From: a virus
Virus record (IMG/VR): IMGVR_UViG_3300045988_175722
Location: 1-64,000 of that record
DNA length: 64,000 bases
Strand: one strand, 5' to 3'
The translations under genes were made by a program, and so were the position numbers. A model generated the notes under the pieces. That model saw only the letters and a list, made by a program, of their open reading frames with translations, had not been told where the DNA came from and ran no database searches. This document shows, in pieces, positions 27,780-37,739 of this stretch (positions are counted from its first letter, which is position 1; each line of letters opens with the position of its first letter).

Positions 27780-30700
27780 ATGTTATTCCATCCTATATTG
27801 AATCAGCTAAGCAACATCGATATGGCTTTTCTCGTAAAACCAGCCGATGAGCAGCGCATCGAAGGGCAGACGGCTTGTTTCTGTCCGCTCTGCCAGAAGG
27901 AGGAGGCAGACGATGGCGAGCAGAGCAAAGCAGAGCAGACCCCACATCTCATTGTCTATAATAATGAGCGTGGCGGTATGTATAATGGTGTAGGGGTGGA
28001 AGGCAATACCAAAGCAGAGCATGGAGCCTTACGTTGGATGTGTACCAAGACTGGAAAGTATGGCTACGGAGCCTTAGAACTCTATGCCGCCATGCGTAAG
28101 CTGCCAATGCACGGAGCCAGCCTGTTGCGCCTTTGTCACGACCTCGTGGTAAAGGTGTATGGCGACAACGAAAAGACAAGAGCCAAATGGCCAATGCTCT
28201 TTGCCAGGATGGACTATCGCACCATCGCGAACCACACGATAGCGACATTTTCTTTTATCCCAAAGACAGACTTCAATCCCCAGGAGCTCGCAGCCCTGGG
28301 GTGCGAAGTCACAATGATAAAAGGAATTCCGCAATATGGTTTTGGCAAGGATTTCAACACTACGATGCTGAATGATGATTTCCGCATCTATGCCGTAGAT
28401 CAAGTAACCCTGCCCAATGTAGTGAGAAACGGGCAGCAGGTGAGCGAAGTGATTTACGGCACACCCTGGAACCCGTTATTCGTCTGCTTCGCTACAGATG
28501 TGATAGCGCCTCAAGGAAGTTGCGGATGTTTCTTCCGTCCAGCCATGCAGCAAGACCCAATCGTCTTCTCCACCTGCGAGGATCACAGTGTGAGGAAGGT
28601 GAGCAAGTGGCTCATGGGCGACAAGGTTTTTACTTATGCCATGGATCATCGGAGTAACAACTCTACTGCCGTTCACTCGGCAATAGAAAAGCTACAACCG
28701 GACGAGCCTTATACCGATAAGAAAGAAATATGGGTGGAGAACGAAACTAAGGATGGCGAACCGAAAGGCACCTTTCATGCAGAACAGAAACCCATAGAAG
28801 TTGGTGACATCAAGGCTCAGAACATCGTGTTCTGCAGAACATCCGAAGACGCATTAAGCGTTTATTACGCCATGCGTTCCCTGCGTCAGGATAAGGCGCA
28901 GGATAATCATTTTCAGAAATACTGCTGGTATCACGTAGCCTTCTCGCTTGGCAGAAGAAACTTCTGGTATATCGAGCGTGGGCAGTGGAGGCAGGAAAAG
29001 CTAGACTTCAATGCCGTGCAGTATCAGAAGATGAAGCGATTTGCCGAGAGGGTTATCATGCTTTACCCTAACGACATCGCCAGCCAAAGGGATTGCGGAG
29101 CCATCGCAACTAAGTATTGCGATATTTGCTATGCTACATTGCCCGATGGCTTTAGAAGTAGATATAATCAAAGGTGGAACTGGTTGTATGGTTGCTCACC
29201 ACGAAGTGTGAGAGATTATCTGATATGCTACCACATGGATGATGCCGACAACTTCAAGTTCGACCACGATATAAGATTGCCGTTATATTCGAGATTACGG
29301 GGAGCCAACAACACAGATCCATTCGAGATTGAATATCCCCGAGACCCGAGAAGTGGCAAACCTAAACCGCCTACCTGCAAGGTATCGCCTACCAAGGTGT
29401 GGCTCTTTATGACCTGCCGTGGTTATTACAGAATGATAGACCCTGAGAGTACTGACCTCGTAGGTCAGTATATCCATTTGGATAGATGTTTTGTGGAATA
29501 CATCGACCAGAAGAGTGTCATCCAGGCAACGAAAGTTCAACTTCTGCAGTTTATCGAACAGAGTTGGCGGTACAACGACAAGGAGCGTAAGATGATGTCG
29601 GATTGCGCTAACCTGATAGACAAGAATTTCAGCGAGAAATCGGCTGGAGGCTTACAGAGCATGGTGATAGATTTCACCGAAAGCTTCGATGCACATACGG
29701 AATATTTCTTCTTCCGAAATGTAGCGTTAAAGATTACGCCCGAAGCCATTACACCAGTCAGCTATGAGAAGCTGAATTTCTTCATCCCATCCCTGGCCAA
29801 GAAGCCGTATGATTTCACGATGAGGGTATTCAATCCTCCTTTTGTTATCAGCGAGAGTCAGGAGTATAAGGATAAGGTAGCAGCCATCGCCCAAGAGGAA
29901 GCGCAGGTTAACGAGGACGGTTCACCGGTTTTCTCAAGAGAGGAAATTGACCAGAAGAAGAAAGACCTCAAAGATTGGGCACAGACTTTCCGTTGGCAGG
30001 TGAATTGGCAAGGCAAGCAGGAAAAAGAGCTTTGGCCTGTGCTGAGAGTGATACGCGGTTGCTGCAATGTGCAGTGGAGACTGGAGCAGGATAGTATTCG
30101 CAACAAGAAGCCGATGCCCCCTGAAGCCATCGCCGACATCAACTCTCATTTCGCCAACATGATTTCCTGCTTGGGAAGAATCTGTTACCGCTCATGGGCT
30201 GACATGCAGAGTATCTGCCCCTATCTCCTCGAAGATGCGGTGGAGGACGAGAAGCAGGCTAGTGGCGGTTCGGGCAAATCATTGATGATAAACCTCGTGG
30301 TAGGTTCAGCGGTAAATGTACTGCGTGTCGATATGAAAGAGTTTGTAACGATTGCCGACGCAAAGTTTGCTCTTTCTGATTTACTGATATATCCGGGTAA
30401 GTTTAGAGTCATACACTGGGAAGACAAGCCTTCGGGTTTCCCGATGAAGTACTTCTATATTAAGGTAACGGCAGGTGCCAAGGTTGAGCGAAAGTTCGGC
30501 GACCCGATTGTATTCAAACTGGAGGAATCGCCATTGAACGTGATAACTAGTAACTATCAGCTAAGTGATAGTGAAGATAGTACGCTCAGACGTTTCCCCT
30601 TGGTGTCATTATCCGACAGATTTTGCTGTGAAAACCCAATGAAACATAAGTTGGCGCGCTCTCCTAAAGAGGTAATGAAGAATCTTGCCTCCGACCCTGA

Positions 30701-31460
30701 AAAGCTGAATGAGCGAGATCGCAATCAGGCGATATATATCTGTGCCCTTGCCGTGCAGTTCATCATGCGCTATCATACCTTTGCGGTTGCTCCTCAGAAG
30801 AATGTTCAGCGAAGATTGATGGTAAGAGAGCTGACCGAAAACACGGTGAACTACTTTGAGTGGTTCTTCAGCCGTAATGAGGTATATTCAGCACCTATCT
30901 GTGCAGATGAAATGTTTAATGAGTTCATGCGAGATTGGGCTGATGCCAGCGAGGGTAAGAGTAAGGAATACAGCCGAGCCACCTTCAAGAAGAAAATCAG
31001 GAAGTATTGCGAGAATATGAATATCGACTGCAATCCGGAGAATCTTCTGATTGGCGAGGATAACAAGCGCCATGGCTGTTTCAAGCTCAGAGCTTGGATA
31101 ACGGAGGAGTACTTCGTAGGACGGGAATGGGAGAATGATGAAAGTGTAGAGCCGAAACATATCCGCAGGGTAAAAACCAGCAAGCACGTCTATTTCTTCT
31201 TCCGTAAGGGTAAGGATCACATTCCAGAAAGCTACGATGAGTTAAAACGCATCGCCAAGGAATACGTAGAAGGTCCCGACCCATTACCATATCGTGATGA
31301 TGATGGCAACATCGTCTCCCTCACCCCAGAAGAGGAAGAACGCTGGAAGGCATTCACCTCCCGCAAGCAGGGCAGAAGGCAAGCCATGCAAAACGGCAGC
31401 GATAGCAACAACGCAGCAGAAATGGTAGGCGAAATAGATAAGAGCAATTTGCCATTCTAG
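27780..31460 (+). CDS. primase-helicase (CHC2-like zinc finger N-terminus, P-loop NTPase C-terminal half)
   Basis: 1226 aa. CFCPLCQKEE...TPHLIVYN...WMCTKTGKYGYGALELY resembles a DnaG-type zinc finger. Walker A is ASGGSGKSLMINLV near residue 820, as in P4/D5-type SF3 helicases. Ends in ...DKSNLPF. Confidence 0.7.
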   Translation: MLFHPILNQLSNIDMAFLVKPADEQRIEGQTACFCPLCQKEEADDGEQSKAEQTPHLIVYNNERGGMYNGVGVEGNTKAEHGALRWMCTKTGKYGYGALELYAAMRKLPMHGASLLRLCHDLVVKVYGDNEKTRAKWPMLFARMDYRTIANHTIATFSFIPKTDFNPQELAALGCEVTMIKGIPQYGFGKDFNTTMLNDDFRIYAVDQVTLPNVVRNGQQVSEVIYGTPWNPLFVCFATDVIAPQGSCGCFFRPAMQQDPIVFSTCEDHSVRKVSKWLMGDKVFTYAMDHRSNNSTAVHSAIEKLQPDEPYTDKKEIWVENETKDGEPKGTFHAEQKPIEVGDIKAQNIVFCRTSEDALSVYYAMRSLRQDKAQDNHFQKYCWYHVAFSLGRRNFWYIERGQWRQEKLDFNAVQYQKMKRFAERVIMLYPNDIASQRDCGAIATKYCDICYATLPDGFRSRYNQRWNWLYGCSPRSVRDYLICYHMDDADNFKFDHDIRLPLYSRLRGANNTDPFEIEYPRDPRSGKPKPPTCKVSPTKVWLFMTCRGYYRMIDPESTDLVGQYIHLDRCFVEYIDQKSVIQATKVQLLQFIEQSWRYNDKERKMMSDCANLIDKNFSEKSAGGLQSMVIDFTESFDAHTEYFFFRNVALKITPEAITPVSYEKLNFFIPSLAKKPYDFTMRVFNPPFVISESQEYKDKVAAIAQEEAQVNEDGSPVFSREEIDQKKKDLKDWAQTFRWQVNWQGKQEKELWPVLRVIRGCCNVQWRLEQDSIRNKKPMPPEAIADINSHFANMISCLGRICYRSWADMQSICPYLLEDAVEDEKQASGGSGKSLMINLVVGSAVNVLRVDMKEFVTIADAKFALSDLLIYPGKFRVIHWEDKPSGFPMKYFYIKVTAGAKVERKFGDPIVFKLEESPLNVITSNYQLSDSEDSTLRRFPLVSLSDRFCCENPMKHKLARSPKEVMKNLASDPEKLNERDRNQAIYICALAVQFIMRYHTFAVAPQKNVQRRLMVRELTENTVNYFEWFFSRNEVYSAPICADEMFNEFMRDWADASEGKSKEYSRATFKKKIRKYCENMNIDCNPENLLIGEDNKRHGCFKLRAWITEEYFVGREWENDESVEPKHIRRVKTSKHVYFFFRKGKDHIPESYDELKRIAKEYVEGPDPLPYRDDDGNIVSLTPEEEERWKAFTSRKQGRRQAMQNGSDSNNAAEMVGEIDKSNLPF

Positions 31461-31490
31461 CCCCCGTTCCCAGCGATTCCATCGCTGGTC
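31459..31490 (+). repeat. HP32 hairpin element copy 5
   Basis: AGCCCCCGTTC CCAGCGAT TCC ATCGCTGG TC. It overlaps the TAG stop of the primase-helicase and is identical to copy 8. Confidence 0.9.
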
Positions 31491-31505
31491 TAAAATAAAA
31501 AAGTT

Positions 31506-31763
31506 ATGGCAAAGAAAGAAGAAACAAAGAAGAAGAAAGGCGTAAGAGTAGCCAATCGTCAAGCATGGGTAGATACCTTCGTATATCTCTGCCCTTATCA
31601 CCGAGGCGGAACAGGCCCCGGTGAATATTGCGAGGAACCCGACGGAACCCGCACCAACTGCACAGGCAGATGCACCTACACGGGCAGCGGAGCCTGTTCG
31701 CATGTAACGCAGTTCTTCAAAACATATCTCAAGTTCGTAAACAAGGAAATTGAATTTTTATAA
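31506..31763 (+). CDS. small Cys-rich protein
   Basis: 85 aa. Basic N-terminus and 6 Cys (CPYH...C...C..RC...C). Confidence 0.6.
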   Translation: MAKKEETKKKKGVRVANRQAWVDTFVYLCPYHRGGTGPGEYCEEPDGTRTNCTGRCTYTGSGACSHVTQFFKTYLKFVNKEIEFL

Positions 31764-31774
31764 AATTACAAAAT

Positions 31775-32383
31775 ATGGCAAGTTATACAGGAAACGTTAA
31801 TCTCATGGCACTGAATGGTGCCAAAGTTCTAGTTGGTCTCGATGAGAAGAATGCGCAGCGTCCTTACATCTGTATTCCACTCGATGTTAACGAAATTAGG
31901 ATGGAAGCATCCAAAAATGATCCCAACAAGCAGATGGCCAAGTTGAGAATCAGCATTTGGCCATTCAACGAGCAGTACAAGGCAAAGGTACGCCAGAGCC
32001 TTGCCGAGCGTGGCGACAGCAATGTGAGTGTGCCTACCCACGAAATGCAGCTCTCGTTCTCCGCCGAGTACGTCAAGGCGGTAGCCAAGGCGTTCCCCAA
32101 GCTTGTAGAGCAGGTGAAGGAAGCCAACAAGGAAAGAGACCCAGAAATCGTAAATCAGGATTTCAATGATGAGAATACTCATCTCTTCAAGGCAATCCGC
32201 ACCCGCATGAATAAACGCATTGCGCAGCTCTATCAACCACAAGTCACCCCTCAGCAGACGTATCCACAGCAAGCCTACGGCACGGCTGGCAACGCCACCG
32301 CATACGTGCCACCAGCAGATGGAGCAAATGATTATACCTCAATGCCAGGTTACAATGACCCGAACAGCGACCTGCCATTCTAA
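31775..32383 (+). CDS. putative ssDNA-binding/replication accessory protein with SSB-like C-terminal tip
   Basis: 202 aa. Q/P/Y-rich disordered tail ending in ...DPNSDLPF, compared with the bacterial SSB tip D-D-D-I/L-P-F. Located between the primase-helicase and the clamp. Confidence 0.4.
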   Translation: MASYTGNVNLMALNGAKVLVGLDEKNAQRPYICIPLDVNEIRMEASKNDPNKQMAKLRISIWPFNEQYKAKVRQSLAERGDSNVSVPTHEMQLSFSAEYVKAVAKAFPKLVEQVKEANKERDPEIVNQDFNDENTHLFKAIRTRMNKRIAQLYQPQVTPQQTYPQQAYGTAGNATAYVPPADGANDYTSMPGYNDPNSDLPF

Positions 32384-32405
32384 TTAATAATTAATCATTG
32401 GCTAT

Positions 32406-32438
32406 GCGCCCCAGTTCCCAGCGATTCTATCGCCGGTC
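32406..32438 (+). repeat. HP32 hairpin element copy 6
   Basis: GCGCCCCAGTTC CCAGCGAT TCT ATCGCCGG TC. One A.C mismatch in the stem. Confidence 0.8.
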
Positions 32439-32465
32439 CATCATCATCAACAAAAAAGCAGAAAA

Positions 32466-33662
32466 ATGAAAATACAAGCACAATCATCATTGACACTTCG
32501 CAAAGCCCTACAGAAAGCCGCGAAGTGCATTGATAGTAAGAGTGCCATCGTCATCATGACCCAGGTGCTTCTTACCCAACGCAAATCAGATGGAAAGTTC
32601 TTTTTTGTATCAGCCACCACTGATTCAGAACTTACCATCCCTGCCCCTCTCAGCATCGTAGAGGGCAGTTTCAAGGAAGATGCAGTTTTACCGATAGGCA
32701 ATTTGCTCTCCCTTCTTTCCACCCTTCCTGCCGACTGTGTAGTCACCATGGAGCTATCTCAGGACAAGGAGCACAACATGAACATCGAGTACTGTACCCA
32801 AAACGGTGACAACGTGAAGAAAGGAACCGTAAGCCTGGTTTATTTCAGCGCCGAGGATTTCACCCGTGCCGTGCAGCCCGAGAATATCAGTCTCCATATA
32901 TCTTTGCCAATGGCAACCTTTGGCAATGTGCTCGCTCATGCAGGAAAATTCGTTGGAGACTCAGAGCTTAGACCTATCATGAACTGCCTCTGTATCGATG
33001 TATCAGAGGATAGGAGCGACGTTAAGTTCGTCGCATCAAATGGGCATGTCCTTATCAAGCTCACCCATACCAACGACCCTGAGACAGGAGGCAGCGATTT
33101 CTTCCGTGAGGGAACACCAGGCAAAATCCTGGTTCATAGCAGTTATTTCAAGACCTTGGCAATTTTTGATGATTGTGAGGATGTTGATATTGAGTGCAAC
33201 GAGAACATGGTGCGCTTTACATCGGGTGATATTACCTTCGTATGCAAGAAGGTAGAAGGTAAATATCCTAATTACGATTCTGTTATCCCTAAAAATAACC
33301 CTCATACGGTTATCTTGGATAAGCGAGAGTTGGCAAGCGTCGTAAAACGTGTAGCTCTCTTTTCTTCCGAAAGTAGTAATCTTATCGTGTTGAAGAAGAA
33401 CGGCATGTTCCTGGATATTACTGCCCAGGATCAGGACTTCAATATGTCGGCAACCGACCAGGTGCTTATCAATGACGGAACGTGCCCGGAAGGGTACCGA
33501 ATCGGTTTCAAGGCAAGCAGCTTGCTTGATTCTCTTGCACCTATCCCAAGCAATGAAGTCTGCCTGCATCTGGGCGACGTTAGTCGTGCGGGTACGATTA
33601 CCGCCAATGAGTCTTCGCCACTTGCATTGGCCCTGCTCATGCCGATGATTATGAATGATTAA
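32466..33662 (+). CDS. dnaN: DNA polymerase III beta subunit (sliding clamp) homologue
   Basis: 398 aa. The N-terminus LTLRKALQKAAKCIDSKSAIVIMTQVLLTQ...FFFVSATTDSELTI follows the DnaN pattern. Three-domain length and an LLMPMIM C-terminal end, like the MPM(R/K)L ends of bacterial clamps. Confidence 0.75.
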   Translation: MKIQAQSSLTLRKALQKAAKCIDSKSAIVIMTQVLLTQRKSDGKFFFVSATTDSELTIPAPLSIVEGSFKEDAVLPIGNLLSLLSTLPADCVVTMELSQDKEHNMNIEYCTQNGDNVKKGTVSLVYFSAEDFTRAVQPENISLHISLPMATFGNVLAHAGKFVGDSELRPIMNCLCIDVSEDRSDVKFVASNGHVLIKLTHTNDPETGGSDFFREGTPGKILVHSSYFKTLAIFDDCEDVDIECNENMVRFTSGDITFVCKKVEGKYPNYDSVIPKNNPHTVILDKRELASVVKRVALFSSESSNLIVLKKNGMFLDITAQDQDFNMSATDQVLINDGTCPEGYRIGFKASSLLDSLAPIPSNEVCLHLGDVSRAGTITANESSPLALALLMPMIMND

Positions 33663-33694
33663 CTTACATCAACTGATAAGATTAAGATAAGAAT

Positions 33695-34411
33695 ATGGAC
33701 GATACCTTACTCTTTATTCCGCCCTGCTGTGTAGATAAAAAACTGCCCAAGGCTGTAATGCAGGCACCACGGCGGGCGTTGAGCTTCTATACTCAGGGCG
33801 ATGTGAAGATAGACCAATTCTTCCATGCCATCGGATATTTAGCCGACCCTGCCCTCAGCCGAGCAACAAAGAACCATTTCAGTGTCATGGTGCTAGCCAT
33901 GACCGTGAGCCGAACTTCAGCCACCGGGTACATCACTCACTACCTTCAACTTTGTTTTGAGCGTGGATGGATCACTCACCTGGTACTATCTACCGATAGA
34001 AATGTAGAGGATTGGCTGAACGTTCATCTTCGGGAATACAAGGATAGAATCCTTTACGTACATCACAAAGACGTAACTGCCCAGACTTCACACATGGTTC
34101 TCTATAACGAGGAGAAGGCTTTCACCTTGGCAGGGCCGATGCTCGACACATCTACAAGTAAGCTGTCACATTATTCGATGGTGTTCTACCCTGACTATGC
34201 TGCCTGGGACCATTCGTCCGATTGGTCTAACCCGCTAAGGAATATCTGCTTTCCTGATATATTGCGGCACAGACAAAAAGTAGTCAAAGAGAAGCGAAAG
34301 ATAAAGAGTATCATCCTCGACCGCTTCTTGCAAGCGTCTCTGCCTCCTTATGCAGAGGATATGGAGCCGGATAACCGTCATGATTATCATGATTTCGGTA
34401 ATGTAATGTAG
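33695..34411 (+). CDS. hypothetical protein
   Basis: 238-aa ORF after dnaN. No motif recognised. Confidence 0.7.
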   Translation: MDDTLLFIPPCCVDKKLPKAVMQAPRRALSFYTQGDVKIDQFFHAIGYLADPALSRATKNHFSVMVLAMTVSRTSATGYITHYLQLCFERGWITHLVLSTDRNVEDWLNVHLREYKDRILYVHHKDVTAQTSHMVLYNEEKAFTLAGPMLDTSTSKLSHYSMVFYPDYAAWDHSSDWSNPLRNICFPDILRHRQKVVKEKRKIKSIILDRFLQASLPPYAEDMEPDNRHDYHDFGNVM

Positions 34412-34441
34412 GCAGGCATGAACCAATAAATATATATCACC

Positions 34442-34753
34442 ATGGCAAGATATACCCAATCTTATCAAAGTCTTCGCCAGTTCTGCGAGAAGTGGCAATG
34501 GATAGACCCACGCAGCGGGCAGCAGGTAACTGGCTATGTGCATCCGCAGACGGCGAGGAAGGTAGAACGCAAGCCGTTCTACATCAAGTTCCTCACCAAG
34601 ACGGGGCATGTAGATGAAGGCGAATGCGTCTGCCTGAAGGTAGATGTGCTGCGCCACCAGCGAAAAGTGCAGTTCGTCAACAGTAAGCAGATAAGAGTGG
34701 TGAATGACATCCTGGTATTAGAAGTAGATGGCACTAGGTTCATCACCCATTGA
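34442..34753 (+). CDS. hypothetical protein
   Basis: 103-aa ORF. Confidence 0.65.
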   Translation: MARYTQSYQSLRQFCEKWQWIDPRSGQQVTGYVHPQTARKVERKPFYIKFLTKTGHVDEGECVCLKVDVLRHQRKVQFVNSKQIRVVNDILVLEVDGTRFITH

Positions 34754-35012
34754 CAAGTCTTCATGTTTTTAGATTTAAATAAATTTTGTTTTTAAACTCT
34801 AAGTTGTTCATCTTTTAGGTGATCTTTTTAGGTGAATCAAAACTATTTCATAATGGTTATTACGATAGGCTTTCAGTGGAAAGCAAAAACGTGATAATAG
34901 TGTGTTGTTAAAGCAATGTGGGGGCATTTTACTCATTTCCCCTACACCTCCCCGGTGCGTGAGCATAGGGCGTTTTTTGATTAGAATATTCATTTAAAAC
35001 AAGATATTTATT

Positions 35013-35633
35013 ATGGTAGAAATTCCATTATTAATAAAAGGCCTCGCTCTCATCCTGGTGGTAGCAGGCATCGCAGTCCTTATCTTCAAGAGGCTTAAGA
35101 AGAGAAAGACGGGGAATGCGTTAAAAAACATAAGCTCCATCGCCGCTTTAATTGCGAAGTGGGAGCGTTCGGGCTTGCTTCATTGGCAGGTAAAAGGCAA
35201 GACTCTTTTGCTGGAACAGAGCCTCGCGGTCTCTGTGATGTCGCTGGGAGAAGAACTTTTCAAGAAGTTTCTCAATCTTCTGGCGCAGTTTAAGAATGCT
35301 GAACTGGTAGGTAATGCCTACGAGCAGCAGCGTCTAGACCTGGAGACGACAGCCGTGCGCAAGGCACAGGAACAGACCCAGGCCAAACTCACCGATATTG
35401 ATATTCAGCGCATTCGTCAGGATGCACGCAAGGATATGCAGCACATCGACATGAAGAGCATCATGGATGCCATTCATGAATTTGATATAATGATTATCCG
35501 CAGTAACGCCATCTCATCTGCCGATGCCACCCAGGAAGGTGGGCAGTTAGTAGCCATCGGTCATTTCGACGGCAAGAAGGTGGAAATGGCAATGTGGGAT
35601 GAAATCAAGCACGATTTAAATACAGAAAAATAA
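35013..35633 (+). CDS. membrane-anchored hypothetical protein
   Basis: 206 aa. N-terminal TM helix LLIKGLALILVVAGIAVLIF. Confidence 0.7.
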   Translation: MVEIPLLIKGLALILVVAGIAVLIFKRLKKRKTGNALKNISSIAALIAKWERSGLLHWQVKGKTLLLEQSLAVSVMSLGEELFKKFLNLLAQFKNAELVGNAYEQQRLDLETTAVRKAQEQTQAKLTDIDIQRIRQDARKDMQHIDMKSIMDAIHEFDIMIIRSNAISSADATQEGGQLVAIGHFDGKKVEMAMWDEIKHDLNTEK

Positions 35634-35644
35634 AGTCCTCGCTT

Positions 35645-36013
35645 ATGAAAGCAATCGTGATAGCCAAAGAGTCTTGGCTGTGCAGTCAACTGAGCATAGC
35701 CAAGTATTCTGGAGGTATTGATATATCAGATCAGGAAAATGGTACACGCCATTTCCTGGTAGTAGATGGAAAAGGTAAGCCTTACCAAGGCAAACTACTC
35801 CCTAGTGTACCTGCCGATTTGATAGATAAGGAGTTTATTCCTCTCTATCGAAAATTGGGCAGAGAAAAGTTTATATCCCTCGTATCAGGGAATCCTCTAG
35901 CCTCCCGCAAGGAGTTAAAACAGATACTGTCTGATGCAGTTCTGTCAGAGAAAGCGGAAAAGGCGGCAAGAGAAGAGAAACTGAAAGCACAGAATCCTTC
36001 CCTTTTCGATTAG
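35645..36013 (+). CDS. hypothetical protein
   Basis: 122 aa. C-terminus is ...KAQNPSLFD. Confidence 0.7.
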   Translation: MKAIVIAKESWLCSQLSIAKYSGGIDISDQENGTRHFLVVDGKGKPYQGKLLPSVPADLIDKEFIPLYRKLGREKFISLVSGNPLASRKELKQILSDAVLSEKAEKAAREEKLKAQNPSLFD

Positions 36014-36052
36014 ATAAAATACTTTTTAATACAATTAAAGATTTATAGAGAA

Positions 36053-36538
36053 ATGAGAACATTAGAAGAATTTCAGAAAGAAGTCCTTGCGCCATTGCGT
36101 AAGGAGAGAGATGACAAGCATGCAGCAGCTTTGAAGATCAAGACCGATGCCGGTGCTGCGTTTGCAAAGCGCAAGAAGGAAATCGTAGAGAAGGAAGGGG
36201 AGTACAAGGAGTATCAGAAACTTTGTCTGAAAGAATTTCTTAGCAAGCAGGCCTTAGAGAAGAAATCTTTCTTCGTCTTGCAAGATGCCGAGCGTACCGA
36301 TGCTCACGCCCAGTATTTAAAAGCGAATCAAGAATACAAGGCAGCTAAACGCCGTGCCAACGAGGAGTATATGGATAAGTTAGCCGTAGCCTTCGCTGAG
36401 TACAACAAGGACAGGGTAGCAGCAGGTGAACAGCCTGTATCTTACGACAACTGCCGCGAGAAATCACCCGAGGGTTGTAAGGCAGTTTATAGCGAAAATG
36501 GGTGGCCAGCAGACCCGGCACAGGAGGCAGAAGCATGA
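36053..36538 (+). CDS. hypothetical K/E-rich protein
   Basis: 161-aa ORF. Leader is AAAGATTTATAGAGAA-ATG. Confidence 0.7.
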   Translation: MRTLEEFQKEVLAPLRKERDDKHAAALKIKTDAGAAFAKRKKEIVEKEGEYKEYQKLCLKEFLSKQALEKKSFFVLQDAERTDAHAQYLKANQEYKAAKRRANEEYMDKLAVAFAEYNKDRVAAGEQPVSYDNCREKSPEGCKAVYSENGWPADPAQEAEA

Positions 36539-36632
36539 GTTTCCGGAACACGAAAACCCCGTTTAAACCTACCGGCAAGGCGAAGTACCAGGCTGTGGTA
36601 AGTAACGACAAACAATAAACAACAATAAAAAC

Positions 36633-37727
36633 ATGAACACAAGACAACAAAATATACTTCGCTCTCTCTTGAAGAAGTACAAATATAAGAGCGTAAGCAA
36701 CGTGGTTCGTCAGGCACTTGAAATCAACTTCGAGAATTTCCTGCAGAAGACGGAACCCCTCTACGTTATCCCTCGCATCGCTTCCTGCTACGCCGATGAG
36801 CAGGATAAGCAAAAACTGAATGGCATCATTTATAAGGAGTGGCTTAAAGACGTGGTGGAGAAAGCCTGGGTAGCGCCACTTAATGCCTACACCGAGGAAT
36901 ACGGCGAGCGCATCGTACTCTCAGCCATCTACTACCTCATCGACAATGGCCTATGGGAGTCCTACGAGGGTCGCCTGGCCCTCGATGTCCAGGAAGATAA
37001 TTACTACGACAAACTGGGAGATATGCCTTCCGCCATCGCCATGGTCCAGGAGCAGCAAGCCGAGGAGAAAAAGGCAGAAGAAAAGAAAGCCGCCGAGCAA
37101 GCCGCCACCCAGCAGCGAGCCGATGCCTCGTCACGTCCCCCTCTCGCATCCGTCCCCAGCGATTCCATCGCTGGTCAAAAAGAAGCCGCTCCCGGCTATA
37201 CCCTAACTGCCGAAGAAGCCGCAACCCTCATCGCTACCACTTCCGATACCTGCTCTCAGCTAAAGCAGAATATTGAGCGCTTGTTTGATTTCATCCATAC
37301 CGCCACTGATGCCGATACCTTGCGTCAGAAGCTTGCCACTCTTCAGCATCAGCTAGAAGATCAGAAAGCCGAGCATCAGAAAGAAGTTACCGCCATGCAG
37401 CAGAAAATCGATGATGCCTATACTACAGCGAATAAGGCAAGCGATTATATCTCAACTCTGCGCCAGAAAGCCCAGGAAGCCCAGAAGCAATACGATGAGC
37501 TGAATGCCAAATACAAGAAAGCCCTGGACGAGCGTGATGATGCTGACAAGGAGTTGGAAACCTGCAAGAAGCTCCTCGAAGAGGAAGCCAATCGTGAGCA
37601 GCTTCCCAAGAAGAAAATCATCCCTTACAGCGTATTGGATGCTGTTCCTCTTTTGGGCAAGGGAGTAATGACGGGCTTGGTACCCGTCCTCGCTAAGTAC
37701 AACATCGTGATAGATTACAACAAGTAG
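36633..37727 (+). CDS. hypothetical coiled-coil protein carrying an in-frame HP32 insertion
   Basis: 364 aa. Low-complexity AEEKKAEEKKAAEQAA linker, and VPSDSIAGQ encoded by HP32 copy 7. The C-terminal half is heptad-rich. Confidence 0.7.
   Translation: MNTRQQNILRSLLKKYKYKSVSNVVRQALEINFENFLQKTEPLYVIPRIASCYADEQDKQKLNGIIYKEWLKDVVEKAWVAPLNAYTEEYGERIVLSAIYYLIDNGLWESYEGRLALDVQEDNYYDKLGDMPSAIAMVQEQQAEEKKAEEKKAAEQAATQQRADASSRPPLASVPSDSIAGQKEAAPGYTLTAEEAATLIATTSDTCSQLKQNIERLFDFIHTATDADTLRQKLATLQHQLEDQKAEHQKEVTAMQQKIDDAYTTANKASDYISTLRQKAQEAQKQYDELNAKYKKALDERDDADKELETCKKLLEEEANREQLPKKKIIPYSVLDAVPLLGKGVMTGLVPVLAKYNIVIDYNK
37145..37176 (+). repeat. HP32 hairpin element copy 7 (inside a + strand CDS)
   Basis: CGCATCCGTCC CCAGCGAT TCC ATCGCTGG TC. 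Confidence 0.85.
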
Positions 37728-37739
37728 AAGGTATAGCGT

